From a virus (lineage: Duplodnaviria; Caudoviricetes), in IMG/VR virus record IMGVR_UViG_3300034965_000025, positions 1-48,293 of that record: a stretch of 48,293 bases of DNA. One strand, given 5' to 3'. The notes below the pieces were generated by a model. That model was not told the DNA's origin and searched no databases. It saw nothing but the letters and a program-made list of their open reading frames with translations. Positions within the stretch are counted from its first letter, which is position 1; every line of letters begins with the position of its first letter. Position numbers and translations under genes: made by a program. Of this stretch, positions 35,900-44,544 are shown one piece after another.

Positions 35900-36114
35900 C
35901 CAAAACCAAGCTGGCCCTACTGGTCCTAATCCCATTCATCCTGGGCTTTGTCATAGTCTCCATGGCGCTGATGGCCGGCAGCAATGACGCATGGCTAAAA
36001 GGTCTGGAATCCAGGCCGCACACCCGCGTAATCTTGGTTGATCCTACTCAAGATGAAACTGTCACCATCTTTGACTTCTACGGCAACGAGGTTAGACTAA
36101 CCAATGAGCCATGA
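35896..36114 (+). CDS. Small membrane protein
   Basis: N-terminal TM; ATGA coupling. Confidence 0.55.
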   Translation: MTKTKLALLVLIPFILGFVIVSMALMAGSNDAWLKGLESRPHTRVILVDPTQDETVTIFDFYGNEVRLTNEP

Positions 36115-36118
36115 CCAA

Positions 36119-36146
36119 TAAAAAAGCCCCCGAATCCGGGGGCTTA
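36119..36146. terminator. Terminator between the convergent island and the major tail gene
   Basis: AAGCCCCCG-AATC-CGGGGGCTT with a U-tract on the minus strand. Confidence 0.8.
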
Positions 36147-36156
36147 ATCATTACGA

Positions 36157-37095
36157 TCAGACGGTCAGCACATTCAGCGCGTCGAACTCCGAAACCGTCA
36201 GAAACTGGGTCACAGTATCCTTTTCGTCGCTTGCGCTGGAAAGCGGATCTTTATACGGGGTGACGGCCAGGGTGTAAACACCAGTCTGGATGTTCCGGTC
36301 GCCGGCAGTACCACCAACGGTGGTCAGCATGGCGCTCTTGCACTTGCGCCACAGGTAGCCTACGCGGTTAGCTTCCTGGCTATCGTCCTTGCCGTAGACG
36401 CCGGAGAACCATTCCACTTCCAGGTTCGGGCGAACGCTGGATGCATCGGGGGAAACGTAGGCGTCATCGGTATATCCGTCATCCCGGAACGTGCCACCCT
36501 CGACCCGGGCCCGGAGGTTGATGTCCATGGCGGTATCGGTCAAGGTGATGGTCGAACCGGTACGATAGCCACGGGTGATGATAGCGGTCTTCAGACCGTT
36601 GGTATCGATGACTTCCAGGCGTTCAGAATCGGTGTTGGTCGGTTCCTGTGCCACGGACTGGGCGGTTTCGAGCTTGATAAACTCGGTGCCGTATCCGTAG
36701 CCAAAACCGGCCAACTTAGCGATTTCCCCGCCGATCTGGAGGTACTTGGCAGTACCGGGAGTGGTCAAGGTAAGTTTAAGCCGACCGGTTCCAGCCTCGG
36801 CGCTGGCGGTGATGTTGGTCACAGCGGCGGTATTGATATGGGTAACCAATTCCGCAACGGTGACAGCACCGATGGCAGCCACGGCCGAAAGGTCAACGGT
36901 ATCGGAAACCACCGCGCCGTTATCAGTTTTTACCGTGATGGTAACGGCCGCTGGCACCAGGGCACCGGAGAAATTGAACGGGCCTACTTTCGACACCTGG
37001 CGGGTGACAAAAGGATAGCCGGCATCGGGGTTGGTAGTGCGTAAGCGCGCCATAACTACCGGGCCCTCATATCGGGCATTGGTATCTCGTAACAT
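36157..37095 (-). CDS. Major tail (tube) protein
   Basis: 312 aa, Thr/Gly-rich; strong SD; follows the head-tail genes and ends at a terminator. Confidence 0.65.
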   Translation of the reverse strand: MLRDTNARYEGPVVMARLRTTNPDAGYPFVTRQVSKVGPFNFSGALVPAAVTITVKTDNGAVVSDTVDLSAVAAIGAVTVAELVTHINTAAVTNITASAEAGTGRLKLTLTTPGTAKYLQIGGEIAKLAGFGYGYGTEFIKLETAQSVAQEPTNTDSERLEVIDTNGLKTAIITRGYRTGSTITLTDTAMDINLRARVEGGTFRDDGYTDDAYVSPDASSVRPNLEVEWFSGVYGKDDSQEANRVGYLWRKCKSAMLTTVGGTAGDRNIQTGVYTLAVTPYKDPLSSASDEKDTVTQFLTVSEFDALNVLTV

Positions 37096-37112
37096 TTTAC
37101 TCCCTCCTGTAA

Positions 37113-37472
37113 TTATGGAGCATTGAATTGCTGGAAATTAGATTCCAAAGATATTGTACCATCGTCTGATACGACTGACAAGGTGCCGTTGGTTTCGTTG
37201 GGCATGGCTTCAAGTTTCATGTAGCGGGCGTCCGGGCTGGTCCCGGCTATGGCCACTTTGTCAAGCAAGCCAAGTACAGTCTTGCGCATGTAGGTCCGCA
37301 GGATCATCAGTTGCGCCGGTTGCGCATGCCCGATTATCCGCCAGCGGACATAACCAAGTGGCGTTGGCTCTTCCTTGACGACAAGGTAAGGGCTGGCCGG
37401 TATTGGGAATCCAAACGGGATAACATTTTTCCATGTTCCGGTTTTTAGCTTGGCGACTACAAGGTCGATCAT
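37113..37472 (-). CDS. Tail terminator/completion protein
   Basis: P.SPYLVV motif; size and position. Confidence 0.55.
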   Translation of the reverse strand: MIDLVVAKLKTGTWKNVIPFGFPIPASPYLVVKEEPTPLGYVRWRIIGHAQPAQLMILRTYMRKTVLGLLDKVAIAGTSPDARYMKLEAMPNETNGTLSVVSDDGTISLESNFQQFNAP

Positions 37473-37843
37473 GGTTTCAATACCTCTTCAACCGCCATTA
37501 TATACTGATTCCCATATATTTCAATGAGCGGACGAAGCGCTTCGTTTTGGCGGTTGTTTGCCAGCTCCAGATAGATGCCGTATTCAACACCGTGAGCCAG
37601 AAAAAACCCGACTGCTTTTTCGGTTGCAAATGCTTCACCAAAAACACGGTTGGCCGCATCGCTGGTTTGGTTTGTCCAGAAGCGGCCAGTGCGCCCCTGT
37701 TGCGATGGCTGGACCTTGTGGAAATGATCAAGGGCAGCGGCAAGATGGGCCTGGGCCAGCCCCAGAAGCGCTACGCGGAACTGTTCGCCATAGTGGCCGC
37801 GGATCTTCTGGCTTACTGATCGGGCATCGGTAGCGGCGCTCAT
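37469..37843 (-). CDS. Tail completion protein (HK97 gp10-like)
   Basis: WTNQT..A...LAHGVEYGIYLELAN....LRP.I. Confidence 0.7.
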   Translation of the reverse strand: MSAATDARSVSQKIRGHYGEQFRVALLGLAQAHLAAALDHFHKVQPSQQGRTGRFWTNQTSDAANRVFGEAFATEKAVGFFLAHGVEYGIYLELANNRQNEALRPLIEIYGNQYIMAVEEVLKP

Positions 37844-38211
37844 GCCGGATACAGCGCCCCTTCAAGCGCCTGCACTCCACCAAACTTTGTCAGCGGCGTA
37901 ACCCGGCCAACGCGCCATCCGGGGAACTGGTCGCCTTCGATAAGACCGGAATCCCATGGTGCCAGGAAATACATGCTGGCGGCCGTATCAAGTCCGGCAG
38001 ACATGGCCTGCACGGCCTGGACCATGCGCGACTCCTTGGCCATGCGCCCAGTGATATTGACGGTAGTGGTAGCGCCTGCCGGATCTTCTGCCCATCCGCC
38101 AAATCCATCGTCAATCAATGCGCGCCTGGTGATAACGGCAATGTATGGTGACTGCGTAATATGCAGCGCCATTGCCTGGCGGGATTGGGCAAGCAGACTG
38201 CGGTTATTCAC
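37840..38211 (-). CDS. Head closure / head-tail adaptor
   Basis: DDGFGG motif; size and position. Confidence 0.6.
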   Translation of the reverse strand: MNNRSLLAQSRQAMALHITQSPYIAVITRRALIDDGFGGWAEDPAGATTTVNITGRMAKESRMVQAVQAMSAGLDTAASMYFLAPWDSGLIEGDQFPGWRVGRVTPLTKFGGVQALEGALYPA

Positions 38212-38684
38212 ACGTAGCCGCCAGCTATTTCAGGGGCTTTAAGTTTTCCCCAGCGCCCGGTTTCCATTTGGACCTCGCTGGACGCGATCTTGGTATAGTC
38301 GGCAAGAACCGACCGGTAATAGGCAAGCATTTTGTCAATGCCGGTGTATTCGGTGGACTCGGCACCGTCGGAATTCTTGACCATTTGCAACTGCTGACCA
38401 AGGCGTTGGATGATCGTGTTGTATCCTCGGACAACTGCGCCGTATTCGCCGAAAGCGTCAAGCCATTCGCCGATGCGCCCGTCTGATACCTGCATGTCAG
38501 TCAGCGAAACGTAGGCCGTGCCGTTGTGCATTTTGTATGTTGCGATATCGACAACAAAGTAGGCAGTCTGGGGAACCGGGCTGACTGGCAGCGCTGCGGT
38601 ATTGGCTACTGACACGATATCGATAAAGCCCGATGGATCATTGAGAATCAGCCGGATGGATTTTATTTGTGCGAAGGTTGCCAT
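38208..38684 (-). CDS. Head-tail connector/adaptor (probable start MATFAQIKS)
   Basis: IRL.L.DP motif; first gene of the connector module. Confidence 0.6.
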   Translation of the reverse strand: MATFAQIKSIRLILNDPSGFIDIVSVANTAALPVSPVPQTAYFVVDIATYKMHNGTAYVSLTDMQVSDGRIGEWLDAFGEYGAVVRGYNTIIQRLGQQLQMVKNSDGAESTEYTGIDKMLAYYRSVLADYTKIASSEVQMETGRWGKLKAPEIAGGYV

Positions 38685-38690
38685 GGGGAT

Positions 38691-38719
38691 AGTATAGCAC
38701 TGGTTTATATTGGTGTAAA
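38691..38719 (-). promoter_or_regulatory. Leaderless promoter for the connector/tail module
   Basis: TTTACA-17-TATACT, then 6 nt to ATG 38684. Confidence 0.75.
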
Positions 38720-38725
38720 TATCGC

Positions 38726-38754
38726 TTGACATGGTGCGCACTAAGTAGTATAGT
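38726..38754 (+). promoter_or_regulatory. Plus-strand island promoter, CGCA class
   Basis: TTGACA tggtg CGCA ctaagtag TATAGT. Confidence 0.75.
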
Positions 38755-38788
38755 TATATCAAGGTTAGGATGCCAAAGGATGGACAGG

Positions 38789-38974
38789 ATGACTGAAATA
38801 AGAAAAACTATTCCTTTAATTGTTGAAGGAACTCTTTACGAAAGTATCGATGGCCTGCCGCGTTTGCCAGACGCTGGAACTACGCCAAAAGCCGAATGGT
38901 CATGTGATTTTGGCATATGGCGGTATTCCGTCACAATTGATGGTGTTACAATACACACATCAAAATACAAATAA
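38789..38974 (+). CDS. Small hypothetical protein
   Basis: ORF after the promoter; start uncertain. Confidence 0.45.
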   Translation: MTEIRKTIPLIVEGTLYESIDGLPRLPDAGTTPKAEWSCDFGIWRYSVTIDGVTIHTSKYK

Positions 38975-38999
38975 AATGCGGCCCCAAACGGGGCCGCAT
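38972..38999 (-). terminator. Intrinsic terminator hairpin
   Basis: ATGCGGCCCC-AAAC-GGGGCCGCAT; A-run on its left is a U-tract on the minus strand. Confidence 0.7.
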
Positions 39000-39026
39000 G
39001 ATTGAATTGATAGAAGGAGTAATCAC

Positions 39027-39320
39027 ATGGAAGATTGGAGATTGAGTTTCCCAAAAATTGATCAGCCGGCATTGGTTTTTGGCGGATATCCAAGAGACTG
39101 GTTCGCTGATGTTTTGGCTAAACCAGAAGACAAAAATTGGTCAAGAAAGGCCAGTGAGTTGTTTTTTAGTGGCGGTAATATAGGGGTAAACAAGGTTTTG
39201 CCAGAAGCCTATTTGACTGACGGAATTCGTATCCTCAAATGTGTTCTTGGATCATTTGAACCAAAACATGAGCACAAGGAACACGTGGCCGGTCTTATTT
39301 TAAAAAGTTTGTGTTCATAA
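39027..39320 (+). CDS. Conserved phage hypothetical protein
   Basis: FFSGG...SFEPKHEHKE motif; SD AAGGAG. Confidence 0.7.
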   Translation: MEDWRLSFPKIDQPALVFGGYPRDWFADVLAKPEDKNWSRKASELFFSGGNIGVNKVLPEAYLTDGIRILKCVLGSFEPKHEHKEHVAGLILKSLCS

Positions 39321-39342
39321 AAAAGCCTCCCTTTCGGGAGGC
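39319..39342 (-). terminator. Intrinsic terminator hairpin
   Basis: Minus strand GCCTCCC-GAAA-GGGAGGC-TTTTTT. Confidence 0.75.
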
Positions 39343-39363
39343 CATGATTGAATAAGGTGAAGC

Positions 39364-39795
39364 ATGGAAAACAACGAAGAAGTAAAAGTAGCTTTTAACG
39401 GTAAAGAAAAAACCATCGTTTGCAAAGACTCTAAAAAAGTCACCATAGATGAGCTTAGGAAATCTGGGCTATCCGTTAGCCTGTCTTGTGAACTCCCAAA
39501 TGAAAAATACAGCGAAGAAGATTTCGGAAAATGCGTTAGTACGGCGGTTAATTCAACCGATAATAACGAAACGACAGACGATGACAAGATTTTTGAGACA
39601 CTGCAATCAGCCATGGAAAAGCTAATGGCATTAATCGGAACTGAATGTGGCATGCCGGAACCGATTATTATCATGAACAATTTAGACACTGACCGTATAA
39701 AAAAATCACTCAAGAAACGTGGTTACAAAATCACAAGAAACGGAAGAATCAAGCGCATTATCAAAAGCAAGATTTTAGACTGGTTGGGCAAATAA
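39364..39795 (+). CDS. Hypothetical protein
   Basis: 143-aa ORF with SD AAGGTG and a basic C-terminus. Confidence 0.55.
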   Translation: MENNEEVKVAFNGKEKTIVCKDSKKVTIDELRKSGLSVSLSCELPNEKYSEEDFGKCVSTAVNSTDNNETTDDDKIFETLQSAMEKLMALIGTECGMPEPIIIMNNLDTDRIKKSLKKRGYKITRNGRIKRIIKSKILDWLGK

Positions 39796-39816
39796 AAGCC
39801 GCCATTGCTGGCGGCT
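39791..39816 (-). terminator. Terminator of the capsid operon
   Basis: AGCCGCCA-GCAA-TGGCGGCT-TTTATTT just downstream of the capsid stop. Confidence 0.75.
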
Positions 39817-39836
39817 AATGAAGCATTGGAGATTTT

Positions 39837-41006
39837 TTACGCTGGGAGCGTAATCTCTACGATTGAGCCATAGCCCGCGCCAATCGAAGTGCCGGGAAAT
39901 GACGACCCCAAAAACGCCTTGGAATAGACCCCCTGCACCCGATACCATGCCCTTTCCTCAGTGCTCAATTCCAGCACGGAGCCGCGACCGGTTTCCATGG
40001 TCAACGGGCGCTTGGTGGCCACCAGCAGCACACCAGGAATGAACAGGTAGCACTTGCCAGCGGTCACGCCGGGGAAACTGGCGGTGACCTTACCGATCAC
40101 AAACCCGTTGTTGATGCCCTGGTCGTATTCCACGAGGTTGGCAATTGGCAGCGCCGGGCGGTTGTTGGTCCGGGCGGTCGAACCGTTGCCGTTCAACTGG
40201 CCGCGCAGGACGTTTTCCAGCTGGAAGGTATCCGCGCTGTTGCACAGGATGGACAGAGACGGGACCGCGTTCAGGCGGCTGGTCTGGATGTCCTTCAGGG
40301 CACGAATCTTCTTGACGGCGGCAAGCAGGGTTTCCCAGGTTTTCTCGTCCAGGGTCAGGCCGGAGGTGGTGACAGCGGCCTGCTGGTTGCTGGCCACATA
40401 GGTAGCGCCAACGATCAGGCCAGCGGTGGCAGCGTTGCGGGCGTCGATATCGGCATCGACGGCGGCCTGGACCACCTTGTCCATCGTGAAGAACTTGTTG
40501 TACAACATGTTCTTGAAGCTGTCTTTCCAGCCCAAGGCCTTGAGCGACATGGTCACGGTGTCAACGTTCCCGTTGTTCTGCTCGATCAGTGGAACGGCAT
40601 CGCCGGTGCCCTGGATGGTACCCATAATGCCCCGGAATTTCTCCAGGTCGCGCAGTGACACGATTTCGGGAAACTCGAAATTGGTCTGCTCGGAAGCAAT
40701 CAGGCTGGTCAGGTCCGGAGCCTCGATGGCCCGGCGGGTAACGTCGATGAAAAACTTTCCGAAAAAAGCTTCCAGGTCGGCGGCGCTGGGTGGCTGGGCG
40801 GCGTTGGTGACCAGCATCTTGTGCCGGAGCTGTTCCATTTCCAGGCGCAGATCTTCCCGGCTTTTCCCGGATGCGAACACATGGGCAGGGCCATTCTGGC
40901 CGCTGGCGTTGCTCTTGCCGTCGCCTTCGAAAACGAACGCATTGACGGTCTTGGCCTTTTCTTTCCGCTCGGCCACAAGGGCTTCGGGGGTATAAACTTT
41001 CAGCAT
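39837..41006 (-). CDS. Major capsid protein
   Basis: 389 aa; strong SD; follows the protease and decoration genes and ends at a terminator. Confidence 0.75.
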   Translation of the reverse strand: MLKVYTPEALVAERKEKAKTVNAFVFEGDGKSNASGQNGPAHVFASGKSREDLRLEMEQLRHKMLVTNAAQPPSAADLEAFFGKFFIDVTRRAIEAPDLTSLIASEQTNFEFPEIVSLRDLEKFRGIMGTIQGTGDAVPLIEQNNGNVDTVTMSLKALGWKDSFKNMLYNKFFTMDKVVQAAVDADIDARNAATAGLIVGATYVASNQQAAVTTSGLTLDEKTWETLLAAVKKIRALKDIQTSRLNAVPSLSILCNSADTFQLENVLRGQLNGNGSTARTNNRPALPIANLVEYDQGINNGFVIGKVTASFPGVTAGKCYLFIPGVLLVATKRPLTMETGRGSVLELSTEERAWYRVQGVYSKAFLGSSFPGTSIGAGYGSIVEITLPA

Positions 41007-41022
41007 TTTCAGTGCCCTCCTA

Positions 41023-41781
41023 TTACTTGATGGTGCCCATCACGGTCACGTAGAGATTCGACCCAGCGTCGAAATCCGAATCGGCCAGCACAACCAGGCC
41101 CTTGTCAGCGGTCAGGCCAACGCCGGTAATGATCGGGGTAGCCAGGGTGACGCCGGTGGAATGCTTGCCCAATATTGCGGCATTGGTCAGCTGCGCTTTG
41201 GCGATGCTGGCGGCAACCACGGGGGTGTCAGCAGTGTCCTGGATCTTGACCACAGTACCGGTGGTATCGGTCCAGGCAGTAGCACCACCAACATTGACCA
41301 GCAGGTCGGTCACGTAGACCTTTTCGGTAGCGCCAACATCGGAGGCCGGCACGATGGTTACGGCAGTTGCGGCGGCGGCGGCGGTCAGGGTGACGGTCTT
41401 CACGAAAGCGCGACCGGCAACCTGCAACAGCGGTTCGGTGGCGACGATCTTGGTCACGGTCCCGGACTTGATTTCTTTGACAAAACCAACCAGGTGATAA
41501 CCAACGGTCAGGGTGTCGCTGAACTTTCCATCGGCGGGGTTCCAGTACACGGGAGCGTTGACGGTGGCGAACGTGCCTTCGCTGGTCACGTAGTCCGCGA
41601 TCTGCAGGACCATGCCGTCAACGTCGGTCAGGCCACCAACGGCACCAGCCGCGATTGCTTCATCAGCTACCAGCGACATACCGCCGATAACGGTAAACTG
41701 GTACTGGACCAAGGCAGCTCCAGTGCTGTTGGTCAACTGCAGGCTGGAAGCCTCGTCTTTTTCGATATATACGGTGCTCAT
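41023..41781 (-). CDS. Capsid decoration/cement protein (DUF2190-like N-terminus plus extra domain)
   Basis: A...IAAGA.G....G and VYW....K.....G..LVG patterns; between protease and capsid genes. Confidence 0.6.
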   Translation of the reverse strand: MSTVYIEKDEASSLQLTNSTGAALVQYQFTVIGGMSLVADEAIAAGAVGGLTDVDGMVLQIADYVTSEGTFATVNAPVYWNPADGKFSDTLTVGYHLVGFVKEIKSGTVTKIVATEPLLQVAGRAFVKTVTLTAAAAATAVTIVPASDVGATEKVYVTDLLVNVGGATAWTDTTGTVVKIQDTADTPVVAASIAKAQLTNAAILGKHSTGVTLATPIITGVGLTADKGLVVLADSDFDAGSNLYVTVMGTIK

Positions 41782-41782
41782 C

Positions 41783-42922
41783 TTAGACCTCCTTGACGGT
41801 CAGGCCGCCCATGACAATGGGGGCAACGGGGGCAGCGCCAGAATCCAGGCGATTGGTTACGCTGCCAACGGTGGCAGACTGGACGGCCAGCGCCTTGGCG
41901 ATTGGGTCAGCCTTGATGGCGGCAATGCCTTCGGGAGTGATGGCCTTCATGCCGACAAGCATCTTGCCAGCGTAGGCGCGGACTGGGTTGGTATCCGACT
42001 CTGCGCCAAATTCTTTGTCCAGGGCCATGCGCACCCGGTCGGCCTCGACCTTGTCGAGTTCAGCCTTCATGGTTTTGTTTTCGATCTTGACGGACTCATC
42101 CGCCAGCTGGTCTTCAAGACCCATGGCAGCGGCAATTTCCTTCAGGGTAATGCCGTTGTTCTCTTTCATGGTCTTCACGGCGGCCAAAACTTCGTTTTTG
42201 TCCACTTTGTTTACCTCTCTATTTTCGACAGACCCTGCCCGGAATCCCACCGATGCAATCGCTGTTGCCTGGGATTTGGAGTAGCCTACATCGCGTAGGT
42301 GTTGCTCAAAATCCCGGACGGTTTCTGGCTTTTGTACAGCCTTGTTCATAATTTTGTTCTGATGTTTCTTAAACATCGATATGGCCTGGGCTTTGTTTGA
42401 TACCATGCCGTCAATGGCCGCGTCTTCCATTTCATTGGCAAACCCAGCATCGACAATTTCCTGGCCATACATCCAGGTTTCCTCGTCCATCATTTTTTTT
42501 ATTTCTTCCACGGTCTTGCCGGTGATGGCCGCATATTCGTTGGCGATGATGTTGGAAAACGCTTCCAGTTGGTCGGCAGTCTTGCGCAGGTCGTTCTGGT
42601 CGCCCCAGTTCCCGGACTGCGCATTGTGGATCATAAACGCCGAGGTCTTCCGGGCAATCCGTTTATCAAAACCAAGGGCAACGGCAGTCCCCGCGCTGGC
42701 GACGATTGCGCCGTACTTGACAGTTTTCTGGCCTCGATAGCCTTTCAGCATCGTCATGATCTGGATGCCGACAAAGTAGTCGCCGCCCATGGTGTCAAGC
42801 TCGACTGTGATATCGTCGCCGCCACATTGGGCGAGTTCTGCCTCGCAGAATGCCATATCAATGCCTTGCATCCGCTCATGATCGCGATAGCCAATGTCTC
42901 CAGACCAACGTAGGTTTTTCAT
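41783..42922 (-). CDS. ClpP-type prohead protease fused to a scaffold domain (probable start MKNLRWSG)
   Basis: GGD, IVASAGT (Ser), FMIHN (His) and ETWM...GFA motifs; RDFE..LRDVGYSKSQA linker and helical C-terminus. Confidence 0.88.
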   Translation of the reverse strand: MKNLRWSGDIGYRDHERMQGIDMAFCEAELAQCGGDDITVELDTMGGDYFVGIQIMTMLKGYRGQKTVKYGAIVASAGTAVALGFDKRIARKTSAFMIHNAQSGNWGDQNDLRKTADQLEAFSNIIANEYAAITGKTVEEIKKMMDEETWMYGQEIVDAGFANEMEDAAIDGMVSNKAQAISMFKKHQNKIMNKAVQKPETVRDFEQHLRDVGYSKSQATAIASVGFRAGSVENREVNKVDKNEVLAAVKTMKENNGITLKEIAAAMGLEDQLADESVKIENKTMKAELDKVEADRVRMALDKEFGAESDTNPVRAYAGKMLVGMKAITPEGIAAIKADPIAKALAVQSATVGSVTNRLDSGAAPVAPIVMGGLTVKEV

Positions 42923-42928
42923 GCCATT

Positions 42929-42957
42929 ATTATGCATCATGAGGAATTAATCGTCAA
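42929..42957 (-). promoter_or_regulatory. Leaderless promoter for the protease-capsid module
   Basis: TTGACG-17-CATAAT, then 6 nt to ATG 42922. Confidence 0.75.
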
Positions 42958-42972
42958 GTTGCGTGTTTAAGC

Positions 42973-43001
42973 TTGACACGTACCGCATTATAGACGATAA
43001 T
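42973..43001 (+). promoter_or_regulatory. Plus-strand island promoter, CGCA class
   Basis: TTGACA cgtac CGCA ttatagac GATAAT. Confidence 0.7.
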
Positions 43002-43018
43002 CATGGCAGGAGATTTTT

Positions 43019-43171
43019 ATGTCTAAGAAAAATTTAACATCTGTTATTCTTGCCTATAGCTTGTGGGCAAACAGTCTTTACGACATTGCGAATTCCAGGG
43101 ATAGGCATTCTGTCATATTCATCCCAAAGCGCAAAAAGAAAAAAGCCCACCAAAAGAAAGGCAGGAAATAA
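43019..43171 (+). CDS. 50-aa Lys-rich peptide (not in the ORF track)
   Basis: SD AGGAG; MSKKNLTSV...PKRKKKKAHQKKGRK. Confidence 0.55.
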   Translation: MSKKNLTSVILAYSLWANSLYDIANSRDRHSVIFIPKRKKKKAHQKKGRK

Positions 43172-43174
43172 ATC

Positions 43175-43471
43175 ATGGAAAAGTTTTTCATCATGAAGGA
43201 TACCGGCAAACAGGAAGTCGAAGGCAAGCGCTTGACGCTCACAGTCAACGGCACCACCGTCTGCCAAGCATTTGTCACGAACTATGGTCAAGACAGAACC
43301 GGTAGCCCGTGCGTGGTCACTGAAATGTCCAGTGGCCTCCAGGTTGGCCAAGGTCAGTCTGAAAAGGCCGCAAAGAAGCACGCCGAAGACCGAATTGCTT
43401 TTGTCGGCATTGAACGGTTTGGCAAGATGGTTGCTGATGCTGTTGCCAAATATGGGGTGGCGAACAAATGA
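43175..43471 (+). CDS. Hypothetical protein
   Basis: ORF with SD; coupled to the next gene. Confidence 0.6.
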   Translation: MEKFFIMKDTGKQEVEGKRLTLTVNGTTVCQAFVTNYGQDRTGSPCVVTEMSSGLQVGQGQSEKAAKKHAEDRIAFVGIERFGKMVADAVAKYGVANK

Positions 43472-43725
43472 AAACGATAGAAATTGTTTTTGACCAAAAA
43501 GGCGATTTTGAGGCAATAAACGCCGCCCGCCAGTGGTGCACTGACCACAATGTATCAGTAGGCAGCATGCAACGCGATGACCCAATGGGTTTATTGTATG
43601 GCGATTACGATATACAAAAGTGGCGCAATTTGTCCAAGCAAGAAATCAAAGAACTTGACGGAACCATAACCGGTGACAAAAGAAACGGGCCTGTTAAAAT
43701 ACAAATAAAGGATCTGGCTAAATGA
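43468..43725 (+). CDS. Conserved phage hypothetical protein
   Basis: GDF.A..AA..W...S.GSMQR..P...KWRNL...LDG..TGD.R.GPV. Confidence 0.7.
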   Translation: MKTIEIVFDQKGDFEAINAARQWCTDHNVSVGSMQRDDPMGLLYGDYDIQKWRNLSKQEIKELDGTITGDKRNGPVKIQIKDLAK

Positions 43726-44018
43726 AAACAATCTACATCAGCGGCCCGATTACCGGCCTCCCACTGGGAAACAAACAAGCATTCGACGCCATGCACGCTC
43801 GAATAATCGCCGCTGGGCATATTCCGGTCAATCCGCACGTCATATGCGCGAACCTGCCGGCAGGATCCAGCCATCAAGAATACATGCGAGTTTGCATTGC
43901 TCACCTGGCTGTAACCGACGCCATCATCATGTTACCCGGATGGGAAAACAGCAGGGGGGCGCGGGCCGAATACATGACAGCCACCTGGTGTGGGGTGGAA
44001 ATACTGGAGGAGATATGA
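43722..44018 (+). CDS. DUF4406 / nucleoside deoxyribosyltransferase-like protein
   Basis: IYISGPITG...NP...YMR.C...DAI.MLPGWE.S.GA.AE. Confidence 0.85.
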   Translation: MKTIYISGPITGLPLGNKQAFDAMHARIIAAGHIPVNPHVICANLPAGSSHQEYMRVCIAHLAVTDAIIMLPGWENSRGARAEYMTATWCGVEILEEI

Positions 44019-44200
44019 GGGTGAATCCAGAAGGAATGGATTTTGATTTTCACCTTTATATAAACAAAAAGCAAAAATCAGTCCACATACAAACCACCGA
44101 CGAACCTTTTCCAAATTCTTCTGGATGGGAATTCTTTTATTCTGGTAAATATGAAGATTGCCTATCACGATCAATAATGGTTCTCGATACATTCGATTGA
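44015..44200 (+). CDS. Small hypothetical protein
   Basis: ATGA coupling; SD GGAGG. Confidence 0.45.
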   Translation: MRVNPEGMDFDFHLYINKKQKSVHIQTTDEPFPNSSGWEFFYSGKYEDCLSRSIMVLDTFD

Positions 44201-44214
44201 TTATTGGAGAATAT

Positions 44215-44379
44215 ATGAGCAAGACCTGGCGCAGAGAAAACCGAATCAGACACAAGCGACTGCGGGAACGCAAGCATAACGGTGGGAAAGTCTTTTCCCA
44301 GCTTGATGCGCTTGGAATACCGGCCAAAGTGTTTGAGAACGAAATCGCGGCAATTAGGGAGTATGGCAATGAACGATAA
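44215..44379 (+). CDS. Small Arg-rich protein
   Basis: MSKTWRRENRIRHKRLRERKH; SD GGAG. Confidence 0.5.
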   Translation: MSKTWRRENRIRHKRLRERKHNGGKVFSQLDALGIPAKVFENEIAAIREYGNER

Positions 44380-44542
44380 AATCCAAAAGACAGTCCTGCT
44401 TACCTGCTATGCGGTCCTGGCCGCGTTATTTATTGGCGGAGGTGTCCAAGCATTCGACTGCCAGTGTTATATCGCGGCAATCGCTTGCACGTTTGGGTTT
44501 TTCTTTATGGCTGGGGCTTTTTATCAGGAGGCGAAGGCTTGA
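44369..44542 (+). CDS. Small two-TM membrane protein
   Basis: Two hydrophobic segments; SD GGAG. Confidence 0.55.
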   Translation: MNDKIQKTVLLTCYAVLAALFIGGGVQAFDCQCYIAAIACTFGFFFMAGAFYQEAKA

Positions 44543-44544
44543 AC

